Of a stretch of 62,000 nt of DNA, positions 1 through 11,100 are shown piece by piece; position 1 is the stretch's first letter; each line of letters starts with the position of its first letter. The DNA lies in NCBI RefSeq assembly GCF_001949145.1, contig NW_019091404.1:2232001-2294000 (forward strand), given 5' to 3'. Source of the stretch: Acanthaster planci (lineage: Eukaryota). A program made the translations under genes and the position numbers. Below the pieces are notes generated by a model. The model saw nothing but the letters and a program-made list of their open reading frames with translations, searched no databases and was not told where the DNA came from.

Positions 1-2143
1 GGATGCCTCAGACAAGCACTGATGTGTATCACAGAGCATACAAGCACTGTAGGACCCCAGAGCCTCGGATGATGAATGGTGATGTTTCATTTTCCTTCAA
101 TAATAGATCCCCCCTGCATGCTTTTCCCATAAAAGGTCATGAATGTTTCGGCTTCTCTGTTTTGTGTATTTTCCCATGCAGATTTGAGTGGAAAGCAGCA
201 CACTAGCCAGAACCAGGCAGAGCTTCACAAGAAGAGACTACTGCTGGAAGTCCTCCAACAGAATCAGCTGTCCAAGATTGAACAGGGGGCACCAGACAAT
301 CTAGAGGTGGGAGTGACATTTGGGTGCTCCAAAGAAAGATTTTGGATTTTGTGTTCCTTTCTTTTCTCATTTTGTAAACAATTTGTTTGTTTGTTTTTTG
401 GTAGGGATCGTCAGAGAAGGACGATCCACAACTTGCCAAGAAAAAAGCCGAGATTCTTGCCAAGTACCAGAAGGCTAACGACGAGGAAGAGGAGGAATTA
501 GTCAGGTATCTGACTATCCAGAATAGACGACGGATGTCAGCACAGGTCAAGAAGGACAATCTTGAGAAAACCATTGGATACAAGACCAAGAGAAGGGTGG
601 AGAGGCTTGGCAGTGTAGAGGAATCGGCTATGGAGGATCAGATCCGAATCTTGAATGCCCGGCTAGCGAGCATCAGGGCTGACATAGAAGCCAAGAGCAC
701 GCAGAAGACTAATCGCCTCCAAGCTCTGAAGGAGAAGAAGGAGGTGGAGCTGCAGCTGCTGGAGCAGCAGGAGAGGTTGTCACGCTATCGACGACTTGCT
801 CAGGACGCACTGCAGGGTGGTGTAGATTTTCACAGAGCCCTAGCAGGGCTGGAGGAAGAGAGCTCGACAGATGTTGGGTGCGCAGCACTGGGTGTAGACA
901 AGAGTTCCAGAGAATCTCCCAAGGAGCAGTCAGCAGTTGAAGCCGATGAGACTGATAGCTCATCAATGCCAGAAAGGCATCCTGAGACAGTTTTGGCCTT
1001 GCCAAGGGCCACGGCTGAAACTTCACCACCCAGATCCCCCAAAACTCGGTCAAGGAGACTGTTGCCCAGTCTGCCCTACAGAAAGGGAGAGAAGCCAACT
1101 ACATCAACAGAATCCAAGGAATATTATCAGTCTGACAGTAATCCTGTAGATGAAAAACGTCTCCGGTCGCAAACAGCGGCTGACTCGTGCCAAAGAACAG
1201 ATGCCCCCTCTGAGAAAAAGTCCAGTCCGTTGGCCCGGCTGCGAAAAATTAGCCTCGGCTCAAAAATGGCACCGGACCCAACTCAGATCGGGAAAGAGTC
1301 CAAGAATCGTAAGATAAGCACAGGGATGAAATCGTCTGCATCATTTGATGAGGGACTGAGTGTAGGAAAACTTCTGCCAACCTTGAAACAATCTTCATCA
1401 AGCACAGACCTGAGTGTTTCCGCTTCAAGAGAAAGTCCATCCCCGAGGCGAGTGGGTGGTCACGAAGGAAAGGAGACCAGCACACCAAGCCCGCACAGAC
1501 GTCGTAAAATCAGTGTTCCTATCAAAATGCCATCGATGGACAACTTGTTCTCTTCTTCACCCTCCAAAAAGGAGAGAGAGCGGAAGGCGAGTACCAGCAA
1601 TACCCCAAAACTGGACAATGGAGCAGTGTCTAAAACCAGTGCCAGTGCTGACAGAGCTCCAATTTCTTCGCCAAGCGACTCGACAGATATCAATGGGAAT
1701 GTGGCTCAAGCTCAAAAAACTCAAGAGGAAAACTCGCAGACCAAGCAGCCTGCTTTGAAAGATGAAATAGACCCTGAAGTTCTCCGAGATATTGAGGTGA
1801 GTTTAATGTTTTACTAAGCCCGCCTCAAAAACAATGCTTAAGGTATTAGGCCTGCATGATTATCTGAGAAGGTAGTGAGGAAGTTTTTTTTTATGTTAGA
1901 GGACACTTTGGTTTTGTTTAATTAGTTGTTTCAATAATCACTTTGAAGTTGCAGCTTCCTGAGGAGAAATGGCATTTTTACTTTTAGCCTAATTATGAAA
2001 CCTTGAAAATTCACACAACTTGTCCTTGTCAGGAGTAAACTTTGATTAATTTCTGACCAGAAAATTGACTTTTGTTTGCTTAGGAGTTTGAAATGATGGC
2101 TCGCAAGGCTCTCCTGGAAGCTGGCTGGATCATCCGAGCCTAA
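1..2143 (+). CDS. Uncharacterised coiled-coil, Ser/Arg-rich protein; spliced, probably 5'-partial
   Basis: Phase-consistent GT-AG exons <1-78, 182-306, 405-1796 and 2084-2143 (TAA at 2141-2143). The 405-1796 exon contains ORF 534..1817 and opens upstream as GSSEKDDPQLAKKKAEILAKYQK. The last exon reads EFEMMARKALLEAGWIIRA*. About 550 codons are visible. The N-terminal half is E/K/Q/L-rich (coiled-coil-like) and the C-terminal half is low-complexity. No family recognised. Confidence 0.8.
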
Positions 2144-2468
2144 CACTGCCTCAGACACGAGACTACAACGTTCAAGTGAAACATCTTGGCATGTATCCAC
2201 ACTGTGGATTACTCACTGACGGCACTGTTATTCAAGTTCAAATGCATTTAGGCATCACTGTGAGGTTACCATGAGTAAATCTCTACTTTTCTCCGTTACA
2301 GTTTTGCCACCTGCAGGTCAGTACAGGCATAAAACTGTTTCAAATAGAAAACAACTTTCAGCATTCAACTTTTTGGCACTGGCTGCGGTACCAGAACGTG
2401 GGCAAAAAGAGATTTTTTTTCTCTCTCGTCATTTACAATGTATCAGTTCCTCATTTTTTTAAAGTCTT

Positions 2469-2645
2469 AAGGTGCCTTTCCATATGTGCGTCAACACTTG
2501 CACTATGTGTTGTGTTTCCGTAGTCAAACGCAACACACTCTAGTGTTATATTAATGGAGTGGATTTGTGTCCGTGAAAGTGAAACGCATGAATGCATCGC
2601 ATACACCACACACCTTAAAAACATACACAAATGGAAAGCTGCCTT
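2469..2645. mobile_element. Degenerate MITE (PIF/Harbinger-like ends) in the presumed 3' UTR of gene 1
   Basis: Imperfect terminal inverted repeats AAGGTGCCTTTCCATATGTG / CACAAATGGAAAGCTGCCTT with GG...CC ends next to TAA/TTG. The superfamily is inferred. Confidence 0.5.
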
Positions 2646-3353
2646 GACTTTTTTACAAATTTAAATGCTCACTTGAATGGCAGGTTTGGTTCAAATAACT
2701 AGAAGTACAGCCAGCATTCTTCTAATGTAACACCTAAGCACTCAACCTCATTGATGTTGCAAAGATTTCAATTACAAAAAATAGTTAAAATACGACCAGG
2801 TGATCTTCAGTGATTTTTTTTTTAATGAAAAGGATTTTACTCATAGTCAATATTCTAAGAATCATTTATCTTATCCGGATGGGCTTTCATATGTAAGCAG
2901 ACAGTTTAGAGTTAAAACGGGTAAAAGTGCCTGCATTTTTAATTTGGATCGCAACATTGCCGTTTATTTGCATGAGATTTTGACGATTCCGAAGTGTTTT
3001 GTAGGGAAAAAAAGGTGCTTTAGTCATGTCCTGCGATTGTAGATCTATGCACTTTGAATAGGGAATAACTTAAAAAGTGCAAAGGGGGTTGTTTGTATAC
3101 TTATTCGTTAAATGTATGCGTCTGTTTTTAAAGAAATGATATTTGTATTGCTTTATACTCAAATGCTAATATTACCTAGCTGAGTGCCGAGTGATATATT
3201 TTGTGTAATCTCCTTTAAATTGAAGTACATTTAAGAGAACATGCACCAAAATTGCCAAGTCTGCAAGCTGTGCTAATGTATGCTTTAGTTTGTAATTTAT
3301 ATTTTGCTGGGAGATAAAGCCAATTAAACCGATAAAGCCTTTCTACCTATTAG

Positions 3354-3359
3354 ATTAAA
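3354..3359 (+). terminator. Candidate poly(A) signal (ATTAAA) of gene 1
   Basis: ATTAAA at the end of a U-rich UTR-like tract, followed about 30 nt later by GT/T-rich sequence (gttttgtctggttttatttt). Confidence 0.4.
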
Positions 3360-4557
3360 ACAAAATTGATTTACAAACTTTATTTCGTCAGTTTTGTCTG
3401 GTTTTATTTTACGTACAAAAGCTCGAGTTGTTGCACTGTACATTATTAATTAATTAATGCATTAACGTACTTCAAAGTACTGAGCAATTACACTGTCATG
3501 TACATAGGAACCCACTGTGTATATGAAAATCTAATTTCTAAGTTGGAGATACACATGTGTACATGTATGGATGCCTGTTCCCATATTCAGTAAACCTTGG
3601 CTAATGTAAGCAAATAATCTCCATACGGTGCCCCTGCCTGTTATGCTCACTGGAAAACTTTTAACAAATTTGAGAATGACCTTGAAAAAACTGAGGTGAA
3701 GCTGGGATCATACATACCTTTGCTGGCGACACCTAATGCACGGCATCCCCCCAAAGGGCATTTCAAATCAGTCCTGTGTGGGAGAGTTTTATTTCAAATT
3801 ATACATTTAAAAATATTGCCTGCAATTCGTACTTGGGCTCTATTGCTGTACAGTACGCCAATCTTGAAATGGTGAACCCAATTTCATTTTGAACTGGGGG
3901 GGTAAATGCATCCCCCCCCCCCCGAATTCTGCATTCCAAATGCCTGCCAAGATTGAAAGTTAAGTAGAGCATTGAGCTATTATAGCCCCATGAGCAGTGT
4001 AACGAAGGTAGGCATGGTAGGCTAAATTATATCGATACCTGAGTGCATGCCTTGGTGAGTTTATCGGTGAAAATTTTACATGATTTTCTAAGACTCTTTC
4101 ACACAAGTCATAAAACATTTCCAATGTGAAAATAGGGCTGTTGGAGCTTCCAAGGTTATTTCATACCAGAGCAGATTATAGGCCTACAAATAAAAACAGC
4201 GCCAAACAACCTCTCCCATGATAGAATTATGTTCTAATATTTTTCCCACTTTCCGGACACCGTAACAGGAAGTTCCCAACAAAATCATGGGATCGTTTCG
4301 ATACTTAATTTTCCCCCATAATTCCCAAAGCATATTTATCACGATAACCGTACCAGTACATATTCAAAGGGGCGATTTTGAACGTCCTCAGCGAAGGTAA
4401 GGCAATACTGTTTGCAGGAAGTCAAGCATGCCAAAGTAGCACCATGCGGTGACAAGAAGATTATAATTAGGCCTAACGTTTATGTCAGAAGCTGCTTCTC
4501 CAAACACGAACTTTTTACGAAACATTGACATGGTAACACTTAATATAAAAAAATGCC

Positions 4558-4563
4558 TTTATT
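4558..4563 (-). terminator. Candidate poly(A) signal (AATAAA) of the AFAP1-like gene
   Basis: TTTATT on the + strand at the edge of the A-rich (U-rich on minus) tract that runs from the stop codon at 8138. Confidence 0.45.
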
Positions 4564-6407
4564 ACACAAATTATGTCATTACTGGGTACTTACCACATAA
4601 CACTGAAAGACGTCAATTTCATGCCCCAAAATCCACTAAAATAATGTAAATCTGTACAAAAATCAGTCTGCATACACATACATTGTAAGTAGGTCATCGT
4701 CAGTGCATGCAGACGAGACGCAGGTGCATGGATGTATGTTGTGGAAGTACAAGTGTAAACCTAAAGGTGGAGAAATAATGAATTCGGATTGGCTGTAACT
4801 TTTGAGCAGATTGTTTCTCAATGCCTGGGTTTTTTTTTAAATGACTTCCAAAAATTCCAAAAGGCAAGCAAAACCAAAACACATAATTGGCACCAGTACA
4901 ATTCATCAGCTTCTAACGTGGTTTCAATTGCCCCACTCGAATTCCTTGCAGTGAGTACTTCATGCATGGAACCATGGAAACATAGTGATTCACACTCCCT
5001 GCACAGTACAGAGTGCATGATTGGCTGACATCTCAATGGCTCTTTTGGCACCAGCCAATGAAAACTCTGTACGTTTGCATAAATCTACAAGAACATTAAC
5101 AAGACCAAAGTTGTACCGTACAGTACTACAGATGCCCAATTCTCTTTTATGGTTAATTTCCAGTCAGCAACACCACAAAATGTGTGGATAACTCGTACGG
5201 AAAACATTCCAATTGTGGAATAAAATACAGTTGCACTTCCCTAGTTGCATAAAAATGGCATCAACAAACATTAAGAGAAAAATTACAAAAATATCTGAGT
5301 ATCCTATGGGTTGAGGGTTGTTATGGTGGGCCTCATTAAACATGTTAATTTTCTCTGATAAAGGATTTATGAACATCTGCTGACGCCTTACAGCTCAAGT
5401 TGTCATGAAAGAAAGCACTAGTTTCAATGTGTGGAAAAAAAAGCTAAATCAAAGAAAATTATATGGGTACGGTCAACAAATAAACTTTAAATAAAACTCA
5501 AAGCAATTTACATGCAAATTATAACAAACCTATAAGCAAATCTTGACAGTGCACACCTGAGCCTGCAGGAAACAGATGTGAAACAATGTAGCCAATGTTT
5601 TCCAAATCACAACCTGTCCAAAACATCATAATATTTACTGATCGAACACGTACCTACTCATTGTTTACATGCACAGCATGTACTGGTGGAGATACAACAT
5701 TGGAAAATATAAAAAAAAAATCAACATTTTCATACACATGACCTCCAAACACACAAACATCTTTAAAAAAGCAATATTAAAACAAACACTACACTTGTGA
5801 ATCAGGCAACAATTACTTGACTAACTTAAAGATGGGGAATTCCACTGAAAGTGTATTGTAAAGAAAGTGACCAACTGTGCAACTGCAGAATTCTAAAAAC
5901 TCTGGACAGCACCATATTTTAGATGATTCTAAAAATGTACAATTTGTATTTATATTGACATGACTTACAAGCTGCATGGGTAACACATGGATCCCATGGC
6001 TTGATCATTTTCTCTTGGACAAGATAACTCACAAATTTGAAGCCTCAAAATGGAGCTGGAGGGGTAACCAGGCTTTGGACATGCTGAGGTTGTGATTAAC
6101 CCACCAGAAGGATGTGAGCCAGGTTCTTGTCCAGAGCCTGAAATGGACCAAAAAAGCCTCAATACCTCGTTAAGACCTGAAATTAGCCAACCTTTTAAAT
6201 GAAAAAGCCCAAAATTGGGTTTTTGCCTGAAACTGGAATCCCTGCCTTGGCTTCTTGTGAGACAGGAATATGCGATCTGTCAGTACCTCAAATAAAAAAC
6301 CAGTTCTTTTCCTAAATTTCGGAGCATACAATTTGTCTAATGAAGCCTGATTCTAAATTATTTCAGACTTAAATCAAGAACCAAATCATACTGACTAGGT
6401 GCTTATG

Positions 6408-6460
6408 AATGATTATAAAGATGAACAAAGAAGTTGACTTTGTTCATCTTTATAATTATT
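6408..6460. repeat. Inverted repeat / hairpin with a 19-bp perfect stem and 7-nt loop
   Basis: ATTATAAAGATGAACAAAG (6412-6430), loop AAGTTGA, CTTTGTTCATCTTTATAAT (6438-6456). The stem extends 3 more bp after one mismatch. Confidence 0.9.
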
Positions 6461-8137
6461 TCAGACTTGTATAAAAATCTAAATTAGGTCTCAATTCAGT
6501 TAAATTAAAACTGAACATACGAGTCATTCTATCAATTTAGGGTCCAGAAATGTAACCTGCTTTGTCCGTAATATTTGACCTCAGTCTGTAATCTGACATG
6601 GAAAAATCATTGAAATTCACTTCAACCGACTGGTATTTTGATTTGTTTGGCAGGTAACATGCATTACTTTATAACTCTTTGCATTTCAAGAGTGTGTGCT
6701 AAACTCTAAAAAACTTGTACCCAAAATTTTTAGAATGACCAAGACCAACTTTATTATCACGTAATCAGCTGAAGTACCTCTGTGTAATTACAGCAAAGTA
6801 AAAATCTACAAATATATCATGTTTAAACAAAATGTTCAATTAAAATGCGATCTTCAATATACAGAGTCATTCTGAAACAAATATAGAAATTTAAAAACTG
6901 CAAAGGTAGAACTCAACAAATATTCTTCCTTGGGAAGATAAAGAAACATGAACAAATGAAACCAAATTGCCCATGTTAATATTCTTGCAAAATTCCCAAG
7001 ACTGGCAATATTTCTAAATATTTGTGAAATGCTTTCAGGAATACTCTTTTTTCCCCACTTGTTCAAAACTATCCACATAATTCTCAGTTACCCCAGAATT
7101 CCCAAGTGTGCTTGGATTCTGAATGCCCTCTTAAAGGCTGGACAAAAGTAATTTAGGAATGCCATCCACTGAAAAGATGACCTGGCCAATAATATTTATA
7201 ATGATCAATGGTTTTGTGGTCATTTTTACTTTGACAAAAACATGCCTTGACAACGAAGCTCACATGAATCTTAAATATACACGTACATAGAACATGAAAA
7301 ATTAAATATTCACAGACATCTCGTGCTTTTCCACACTGAGGTGGAAACTAGATCTCATTCCTGCAGAATTTCACCCTTGGAAATATCAAAAGCTTATTTA
7401 TACAGATAAGGCAATGCATTTTTAATAAATGAACTTGGAAAAAGTAGGGAATATGTTTAAGCATCTAGGATCATTTCTGTTTTGTAGGAATCTGAAGTAC
7501 TAATGTACTATAATTTCTTGGCACAGTGTGTCATCAGCCATCTTTGTCATGTTTCCTGAATACACAGCACCCCTCAAATACTTAGGATCAACCCTTCCTT
7601 GAGGCACCGGACTACTGTTGTCAGCTGCTTGGTTTTAGTTGCATGAACTGCGTTTCCTGTCTTCACGAGCTCCGACAAGAATTCCTCAATTTCTAAAGTG
7701 TCTTTTTCCCTCGGTTAATACAACTAGAACCATTGCCTAACCAGATTTACCATACAAAAACATTACATATTTTCTAGTTTACTATCCTTGTTAAGTTAAT
7801 GAGGCATATTATCTTATGAAGAGCTTCAGACAAACGGGACAGTGAGCTGCAGGATGCAAACGACCGATAGGTAGCACTGTTCATGAGCATCCAGAATAGG
7901 ACTGCATCCAAATCGAGGGCTAGATCTTTGTCTTCACAGACCGCAAACAGACGTAGCCGCAGTCCTAGTCTCACCACTTAATGCCCAAATAGATATACAG
8001 CTTGGCAACAGTGCTCCCTATTGGTGGTCTTTATACAGGAAGCGTAGAAATTTACAACTGCTCTGTACAAAAATATTGTCATCAACATATTAATTTATGG
8101 TCTGAAATGGCCTCTTGAAAAGATGAACACTTGCTAT

Positions 8138-11100
8138 TCATCTCTCGAACATCTGAAAATGAAAGTATAAATGGTGAAGGCTTGTGAAATGGTGAAGGCT
8201 TGTGAACGTAAAATGCTCAAGCAAGAACTTCAAGACAGTGACAACATAATACTTCCAAAGTGCAGAGGAAGTAAAAAACAAGGATGTTTCTGTGTTTGGA
8301 ATCCCAACAGTTGGAATGTGAATCCTTGCCCCTAACCTGCCTTATAAGCAGTGTCGTATTCAAGTTCATCACAAGTCCCTTCACAGTCCTGTCACAAGTC
8401 CCTTTACCAGGGCCAGTCATAAGTATACAGGGTGAACAATGACAAAGGAATGCTTTTGTCATGGCTCATTTGAATGGCTTGTGACTTGGCTAAAGACAGG
8501 GACATGGACTTGCAGGGACTTGTAATGGACTTGAATACAACACTGCCTACAAGACCTACATGTATGCTTAGAATAACTTGATACAACATTTGGTGTGAAT
8601 CGTTGTCAACATCTTTTTCCATTGTTGATCAAATTGTCTGTAGGCATGCAACTTACGCTTTGACAAAAACAAGGAAATTCCAAACTTTACAAGACTCCGT
8701 ACAGTGTTTTTCAATTTTCAGAGGCATGAGTGTGGTGCGGAAGACAGGGAAAGCAGCTGACCCGAAGGAAAAGTTGTATACCAGTGTCTGTATATCTGTC
8801 AGGCTGTCTGTCAGGCTGTCCGCCAGGCTGTCCGTCAGGCTGTCCGTCAGGCTGTCTGTCAGGCTGTCCGTCAGGCTGTCTGTCAGGCTGTCCGTCAGGC
8901 TGTCCGTCAGGCTGTCCGTCAGGCTGTCCGTCAGGCTGTCTGTCAGGCTGTCTGTCAGGCTGTCTGTCAGGCTGTCTGTCTTTCTACAGATGCATGTGCT
9001 ACGTTTCTGTCTCTTTACCTTACGCATATCTGACACATTTCCACCCCGTGCAACCTTCAGTCCAGGGGAAGTAGCTCCTAGCTGTTCTTTCTTTTGAGTG
9101 CTGGAAATCTCCTTGCGGACGATTTCAGCTGATGCAGAGTCCTGACAAAATGATTTTCAACTACAAGTCAATCACTGTATGACAGAGTAGAATATGCAGC
9201 TACAATTCTGGGAACAAAATCGCAATTAATGTAATGTGCTGGACGAATAAGGAGCAGCAACGGCAAACTGACAAACTGCTGGTGCTTATTACTCAATGTT
9301 CAGAATTAACCGTAACTTCATGCAAAACGTAATCATCATGCAAGGGCACAAGCGAGGGCGTTCCACATAACAATTCTGTAGCCACCTGCTCTCAATGTCA
9401 TTTTAATCATGGACAGTCTGTAACAAAACCACATACAAAATTGCAGGCACACTACTCCCATACTAAATCTTTACAAACACAAATCATGCAAAGCTTGCCC
9501 TATAAACTACTTGCTTACAAGTGTGATGACACGGATTTCTACTTAGTGCAACTTTCTAGTCCTCTTTTGTGTGTACAAAACCAATTTGACATCCCTTCTT
9601 GGTTAGTCTTCATACGGACCATACCTGCCAACCTGTCACACTCCTTCCTGAGGTCGGACATTACCACACAATAGATCAAAAAGTATTTAAATGAGCCCTC
9701 AGTTCATTTCAAATTCTAATCTATTTATGTGGTGATGCCTGACCTCAGGAAGGAGCACGACAGGTTGGCAGGTGTGCATGACAGGTGCACTTTTTATAAA
9801 CATTTCCAATTTTTCATGCTATTCCGTACAAATGAGGGTGCTGTTGCTGTGACGTCAATTCAAAAGAAACTGAAGAAGCTGTCACACTGAGCTTTCCTCC
9901 TGAAATGAAATCAGGCTTTTGTTCACGGATATGCAAATTCACATGAGCATAAAAATGAAAAACACCAAAATGCTTTTGTGTCAAAACGAAAATTGAAAAT
10001 AAGTGTGACACATAAATGCATACCCAAGGAGTGCGTTAAAAAGATTCACACTGAATGGGCCCTTTAAGTCAAGCCCATTATATGAGTCTCACTAAAAAGC
10101 AATGTTACTTACGACCAAAATGGCACAGTATGGTATGTCACTTTGAGGAGAAAATTTGCTCAGGGGTGGAAACTAGTGACTCACAACATTACAGCATATG
10201 GAACCGTGCAGAAACAAAAACGTTTACCGAAGAAACAAACTTGTCACCAAAGAAGTTCTTCTGTGCATTTGTTTCCATCTTGTAGCTAACTTACTAAGCT
10301 CCAACTTCTTGAGGCGCAGAGCGAGAGGCGGTCTCGTGTCCTGCGCACCATCATGGGGTCCTTAAACGACATTTCTTCGACAATGGACATACGTAATCTC
10401 TACGAGGTTGCCACAGTAATGCAATCCAGTAATTGTGCGATGCATAAAGTGGGGTGCAAAATGGATTAATTACATATGGACATCATTCCTTCATCCATCC
10501 AAGGCAACCGGTCATTCTGTTAGGTTGTAACTGGTCAAAAACGTCATTTTTGGTGTCTCAAGCAGGAAAAGATGCAGAGAATCAAACCACAGTTTTAATA
10601 CACACCTCTCCAGTTAGTTGGGACGTATTGGGGTGCAAGGTTCAAACACCTACAAAACAACTACAATACAATTTGGAAATCAACGTCTACCACCCAAACC
10701 AAGAGACAAACAGGTGCAATGACATTTCAACTTTCGGAAATTGTCCACATTTGGCATTCCATGGCTATGGCTCAAGATTTTGCCACTGATGCATTACAGT
10801 GAATAGCCGTAGCCGCATAAAACAAAGCCCATTCAGAGCACCCCCTCATCCTCCCAAATGACAACTAACTTCTACCCCCTTCAATCCAAGTTTTTTCTTA
10901 CCTCTTTCTTTTCCTCTTTTGTGTCGGGTCCGCCGCCCTTGCTAAACCTCTCTATCTCAGAGTTGATGAAAGCCAAACGGTTGTTACAGGTGCTCCATTC
11001 CTGTTGCACCTTCTGCAGTTCAGCATCCAAAAGTTCCTTCTGTTTTGGGTCGGTAGCCTCACGCCTTTCATTTCTAGAAATGGAGACAAAAGACGACGAT

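Noticed and set aside
203..1693. Minus-strand ORFs overlapping gene 1 (and similar ones at 59704-61782 over ELYS and 12599-12874 over AFAP1L)
   Set aside because: Antisense shadows of GC-richer coding exons.
8120..8140. Stop-codon readthrough or selenocysteine at the AFAP1-like TGA
   Set aside because: The context is TGA-ATA rather than TGA-CTA, the protein ends where the family motif ends, and I recognised no SECIS.
8603..9097. + strand ORFs with (SVRL)n and (SGCP/L)n repeats
   Set aside because: Translations of a stop-free 12-bp tandem repeat, antisense to the AFAP1-like gene.
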